In this document: piece by piece, positions 61,526-64,000 of the stretch
How the letters are laid out: each line of letters opens with the position of its first letter
Numbering within the stretch: position 1 is the first letter of the stretch
Origin: Candidatus Methylomirabilota bacterium
GTDB taxonomy: Bacteria; Methylomirabilota; Methylomirabilia; Rokubacteriales; CSP1-6
Direction of reading: 5' to 3'
DNA: 64,000 bases
Assembly: GCA_036265915.1 (NCBI GenBank)
Contig: DATAOC010000020.1
Location: forward strand, 5,080-69,079
Position numbers and translations under genes: made by a program
Notes under the pieces: model-generated
What the model was told of the DNA's origin: nothing
Database searches by the model: none
The model's input: only the letters and a program-made list of their open reading frames with translations

Positions 61526-62137
61526 GTGATCTTCCTCATCCGGCACGGCGAGACGGTGGGCAACGCAGCCCGCGTCGTGCAGCTGCCCGACAGTTCGCTC
61601 TCGCCCCGCGGGCTCGCGCAGGCCGAGCGCCTCGCGCGTCGCCTGGCCGGCGAGGGCGTCGGCCACATCGTCTCCAGCGACTTCGCGCGCGCGGCGGCGA
61701 CCGCGCACGCGCTGCAGCGCGCGACGGGCGCGCCGCTGAGCTGGGAGCCGCTGCTGCAGGAGCGGAACTTCGGCGACCTGCGCGGCCGCGCCTACGTCGA
61801 CCTCGGTCTCGACATGTTCGCGCCGGATTACGCGCCGCCGAACGGCGAGTCCTGGCCCGTGTTCCACGCGCGCGTCGATCGCGCCTGGGAACGGCTGCAG
61901 ACGCTGGCGACCTCGACCGACGGCCATCTTGCCGTCGTCACCCACGGGCTCGTCTGCCGCTCGCTGGCCGGGCGCTACTTGATGTTGCCGCCGGGGGAGG
62001 CCGTCCCCGAGCGCTGGGAGAACTCGTCGGTGACGATCATCGACTGCCCGGCGCCGTGGCGCGTGCGCCGCCTCAACTGCGTCGCCCACCTGGACGACAT
62101 CGGCGCCGCGCCCCTCGAAGGCTCGACCGCGGTATAG
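61526..62137 (+). CDS. histidine phosphatase family protein (phosphoglycerate-mutase-like)
   Basis: It has the 'IFLIRHGET.GN' catalytic RHG motif and a later 'VVTHG'. The start is GTG. Confidence 0.8.
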   Translation: MIFLIRHGETVGNAARVVQLPDSSLSPRGLAQAERLARRLAGEGVGHIVSSDFARAAATAHALQRATGAPLSWEPLLQERNFGDLRGRAYVDLGLDMFAPDYAPPNGESWPVFHARVDRAWERLQTLATSTDGHLAVVTHGLVCRSLAGRYLMLPPGEAVPERWENSSVTIIDCPAPWRVRRLNCVAHLDDIGAAPLEGSTAV

Positions 62138-62199
62138 CGCTCACTCGCCGCCGCGTGCGTTATGATCGCGCCTCACCCTGCCACGACAGGAGAGCGTCG

Positions 62200-63147
62200 A
62201 TGACGAGGCACAAACCCGCGTTCAAGCAGATTGCGTCGGGCCTGCGGTTTCCCGAGGGACCGGTGGCGATGCCCGACGGCTCGGTGATCCTGGTGGAGAT
62301 CGAGCGCCGCACGCTGACGCGCGTCACGCCCGACGGCAGGGTGCGCGTGATCGCGGAGCTCGGCGGCGGTCCGAATGGCGCCGCCATGGGGCCGGGCGGG
62401 AAGATCTACGTCACCAACAACGGCGGACTGCGGTTCGTGGAGCGGCCGGGCAAGCTCTTTCCCGTGCTGCAGGGCGACGACTACACCGGCGGCAGCATCC
62501 AGGTCGTCGACCCCGAGACCGGCAAGTTCGAGACGCTCTACGATGGCTGCGACGGCCAGCGCCTGCGCGGGCCGAACGACCTCGTCTTCGATGCCGCCGG
62601 CGGCTTCTGGTTCACGGACCTCGGCAAGACCCGGGAGCGCGACGCGGATCGCGGCGTCGTGTACTACGCGAAGGCGGATGGCTCGATGATCAAGGAGGCG
62701 ATCTTCCCGCTGGAGCGGCCGAACGGCATCGGGCTCTCGCCCGACGAGCGCACGCTCTACGTCGCCGAGACGCCGACGGCGCGCTGCTGGTCGTTCCGCC
62801 TGTCGGCGCCCGGCGAGATCGCGTCCGCCAACGGACCGTATCGCGGCGAGAAGGGCGCGGTCGTGGTCGGGCTCGGCGGCTATCAGATGTTCGACTCGCT
62901 GGCCGTGGACGGGGAGGGGCACGTCTGCGTGGCCACCCTGATCACGGGCGCCGTGAGCGACATCTGGCCCGACGGTAGCCGCGTCGACCAGTTCATGCTG
63001 CCCGACATGATGGTCACCAACGTCTGCTTCGGCGGCCGCGATCTGCGGACGGCGTACGCCACGCTGTCGATGGGCGGCACGCTGGTGTCGTTCGAGTGGC
63101 CGCGCCCCGGGCTGCCGTTGCACTACCTGAACCGGAGGCCGGCGTGA
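62200..63147 (+). CDS. SMP-30/gluconolactonase/LRE-family beta-propeller protein
   Basis: It has 'GLRFPEGPVAMPDGSVILVE', 'GPNDLVFDAAGGFWFTD', 'PNGIGLSPDERTLYVAET' and 'TNVCFGG'. Confidence 0.8.
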   Translation: MTRHKPAFKQIASGLRFPEGPVAMPDGSVILVEIERRTLTRVTPDGRVRVIAELGGGPNGAAMGPGGKIYVTNNGGLRFVERPGKLFPVLQGDDYTGGSIQVVDPETGKFETLYDGCDGQRLRGPNDLVFDAAGGFWFTDLGKTRERDADRGVVYYAKADGSMIKEAIFPLERPNGIGLSPDERTLYVAETPTARCWSFRLSAPGEIASANGPYRGEKGAVVVGLGGYQMFDSLAVDGEGHVCVATLITGAVSDIWPDGSRVDQFMLPDMMVTNVCFGGRDLRTAYATLSMGGTLVSFEWPRPGLPLHYLNRRPA

Positions 63148-64000
63148 ACGACGCTTTGACCGCGCAGACGGTCGAGCTGCTGCAGCAGCTGATCCGCAAC
63201 CAGTGCGTCAACGACGGCACCGTCGGCTCCGGCCACGAGGTGCGCACGACCGACGTGCTGCGGACGTACCTGGCGGGCAGCGGGCTCGACCTCGAGGTCT
63301 ACGAGCCGGAGGGCGCACCGGGCCGCGCCAGCCTCGTCGCCCGCATCGAGGGCAGCGATCCGGCGGCGCCGACGCTATGTCTCATGGGCCACACCGACGT
63401 GGTGCCGGTGACGCCGGCGCACTGGACGCGCGATCCGTTCGGCGGCGAGCTGGTGGGCGGCGAGGTGTGGGGCCGCGGCGCCGTCGACATGCTGAACCTC
63501 ACGGCGTCGCAAGCGGTCGCGCTCAAGGCGCTCGCGCGGCGGGGCTGGCGGCCCCGCGGCACGCTCGTGTATCTGGCGTGCGCGGACGAAGAGGCCGGCG
63601 GCGCCCTCGGCGCCGGCCACGTGTCCAGGCGCCACTGGGATGCGCTGCGCGCCGACTACCTGTTGACCGAGAACGGCGGCACCGTGAGCCAGCACGGCGA
63701 CGAGCTGAACGTGACGGTGCACGTCGGCGAGAAGGGGGTGGCGTGGCGCAAGCTGCGCGTGCAGGGAACGCCCGGCCACGGCTCGATGCCGTACGGCGCC
63801 GACAACGCGCTGGTCAAGGCGGCGCAGGTCGTGAGCCGTCTGGCGGAATACCGCCCCGCCCCCTACGTGGACGAGCTGTGGGCCGCGTTCGTCGGCTCCC
63901 TCGCCCTCGATCCGGACGTCAAGGCGGCGCTGGTCGATCCCGCGCGCCTCGACGAGACGATCGGCCGGCTGCCCGCGACGCTCGCGAAGCTGGCGTGGTC
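63144..64000 (+). CDS. M20/M25/M40-family metallopeptidase/deacylase, 3'-truncated by the window edge
   Basis: This gene is not in the supplied ORF track because it runs off the window. My translation from GTG 63144 (GTGA overlap) gives 'VNDALTAQTVELLQQLIRNQCVNDG...LCLMGHTDVVPV...WTRDPFGGELVGGEVWGRGAVDMLN...ADEEAGG', the M20 metal-ligand blocks. Confidence 0.8.
   Translation, partial: MNDALTAQTVELLQQLIRNQCVNDGTVGSGHEVRTTDVLRTYLAGSGLDLEVYEPEGAPGRASLVARIEGSDPAAPTLCLMGHTDVVPVTPAHWTRDPFGGELVGGEVWGRGAVDMLNLTASQAVALKALARRGWRPRGTLVYLACADEEAGGALGAGHVSRRHWDALRADYLLTENGGTVSQHGDELNVTVHVGEKGVAWRKLRVQGTPGHGSMPYGADNALVKAAQVVSRLAEYRPAPYVDELWAAFVGSLALDPDVKAALVDPARLDETIGRLPATLAKLAW

Noticed and set aside
1-64000. 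tRNA, rRNA, CRISPR, toxin-antitoxin or defence-system genes.
   Set aside because: - The longest non-coding stretches are under 200 nt (52905-53100, 49168-49346, 43410-43544, 2886-3021).
- None shows a tRNA T-arm-like GTTCGAATC pattern or repeat-spacer periodicity.
- No nuclease, helicase or methylase combinations typical of defence systems were recognised.

Overview
This is 64 kb of very GC-rich (by eye about 70% or more), tightly packed bacterial chromosome. I can support about 60 protein-coding genes. I recognised no rRNA, tRNA, CRISPR array, transposase or integrase. Envelope genes are of the Gram-negative type (Wza-like exporter, Pal lipoprotein, HtrA); taxonomy cannot be assigned from sequence alone.

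Layout:
- (i) nt 1-2885: the 3' part of a GvpL/GvpF gas-vesicle gene, a small ORF, a cytidylate-kinase-like/BON fusion, and a convergent htrA.
- (ii) nt 3022-35670: one co-directional polysaccharide/glycan assembly super-operon of about 32.6 kb. It encodes a Wza-like exporter, an ExeA/GspA-like ATPase of the type I remember from PEP-CTERM/exosortase loci, a degenerate HD-GYP protein and a Wzz/BY-kinase with an unusual C-terminal extension (TM, Pro/Ala-rich region, tandem SPOR). It also encodes Wzy- and Wzx-like proteins, 11 glycosyltransferases, 4 methyltransferase domains, AsnB, a PHP-like exported protein, a WbqC/LmbE/DegT/WecA amino-sugar block, DUF2062, MscS and GalU. Most junctions are 1-4 nt start/stop overlaps.
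- (iii) nt 35.7-42.4 kb: a Pal-like lipoprotein coupled to an amidohydrolase / MBL-lactonase / enolase-superfamily / thioredoxin-like cluster, an orphan 2-oxoacid dehydrogenase E1-alpha, and an ABC binding protein.
- (iv) nt 42.4-56.2 kb: a DedA-rhodanese gene interrupted by an in-frame TGA at a likely Cys position with a downstream hairpin (selenocysteine candidate), a livFGMHK-type ABC operon and a TAT-signal cyclase. It also holds a small secreted protein, a diiron-protein/MFS pair, a compositionally atypical secreted Leu/Asn/Gly-rich protein, two Zn-ADHs and an LLM oxidoreductase.
- (v) nt 56.3-64 kb: an E1-beta / threonine aldolase / E2 operon, pssA, a TPR protein, a histidine phosphatase, an SMP-30 lactonase and a 3'-truncated M20 peptidase.

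The most unusual items are the candidate Sec codon in DedA-rhodanese, the BY-kinase::SPOR fusion within a peptidoglycan-linked export module, and the exported PHP-like protein. All functional calls come from motif recognition by eye; no database search was run.
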